Source of the DNA: Sminthopsis crassicaudata
Lineage: Eukaryota
Reading direction: 5' to 3'
NCBI RefSeq assembly: GCF_048593235.1
Contig: NC_133623.1
Coordinates: 3,534,001-3,598,000 of the forward strand
Length of the DNA stretch: 64,000 nt
Shown here piece by piece: positions 63,916-64,000 of this stretch; positions within the stretch are counted from its first letter, which is position 1; every line of letters begins with the position of its first letter. A program made the position numbers and the translations under genes. The notes under the pieces were generated by a model. The model was not told the origin of the DNA. It made no database searches and was given only the letters and a program-made list of their open reading frames with translations.

Positions 63916-64000
63916 AACGCAGGATTTGAACTCATTGAGGGCATCTAGCTGCTTCCTTACTATCCCTCATATTAGATTTCAATTCTCTGTTAAAATTCTC

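Overview
Eukaryotic genomic DNA, not prokaryotic: a GC-rich segment of a marsupial X chromosome. Marsupial-type tRNA-derived SINE heads (GGGGCAGCTAGGTGGC...) and L1 3' ends suggest a dasyurid; the species call is inference. It holds the conserved therian X gene block CXorf65 (-, 6 exons), IL2RG (-, 8 exons), MED12 (+, 44 coding exons traced, one running into an N gap) and NLGN3 (+, non-coding exon 1 and 6 visible coding exons). I built the exon models by hand from GT/AG boundaries, phase continuity and recalled similarity to the human proteins. Most long ORFs in the supplied track are artefacts of GC-rich or tandem-repeat DNA. There are six N gaps, two of which probably hide coding sequence (the MED12 polyQ exon end and the NLGN3 A1 exon). 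I see no CRISPR, rRNA or tRNA genes, and no strong evidence for a wholly new gene system. The best leads are: (i) three RFX X-box palindromes amplified by a 57-58 bp tandem repeat in an NLGN3 intron, plus an X-box in the NLGN3 CpG island; (ii) two 1-bp insertions that frameshift NLGN3 exon 7; (iii) no clear ortholog of eutherian MED12 exon 17, with an in-frame 57-nt candidate exon in its place; (iv) a higher-order minisatellite in MED12 intron 2 built from branch-point/YAG-like words; (v) a 1.6-kb GGAT-type satellite abutting the NLGN3 promoter; and (vi) a strong-Kozak uORF spanning the NLGN3 exon 1/2 junction.
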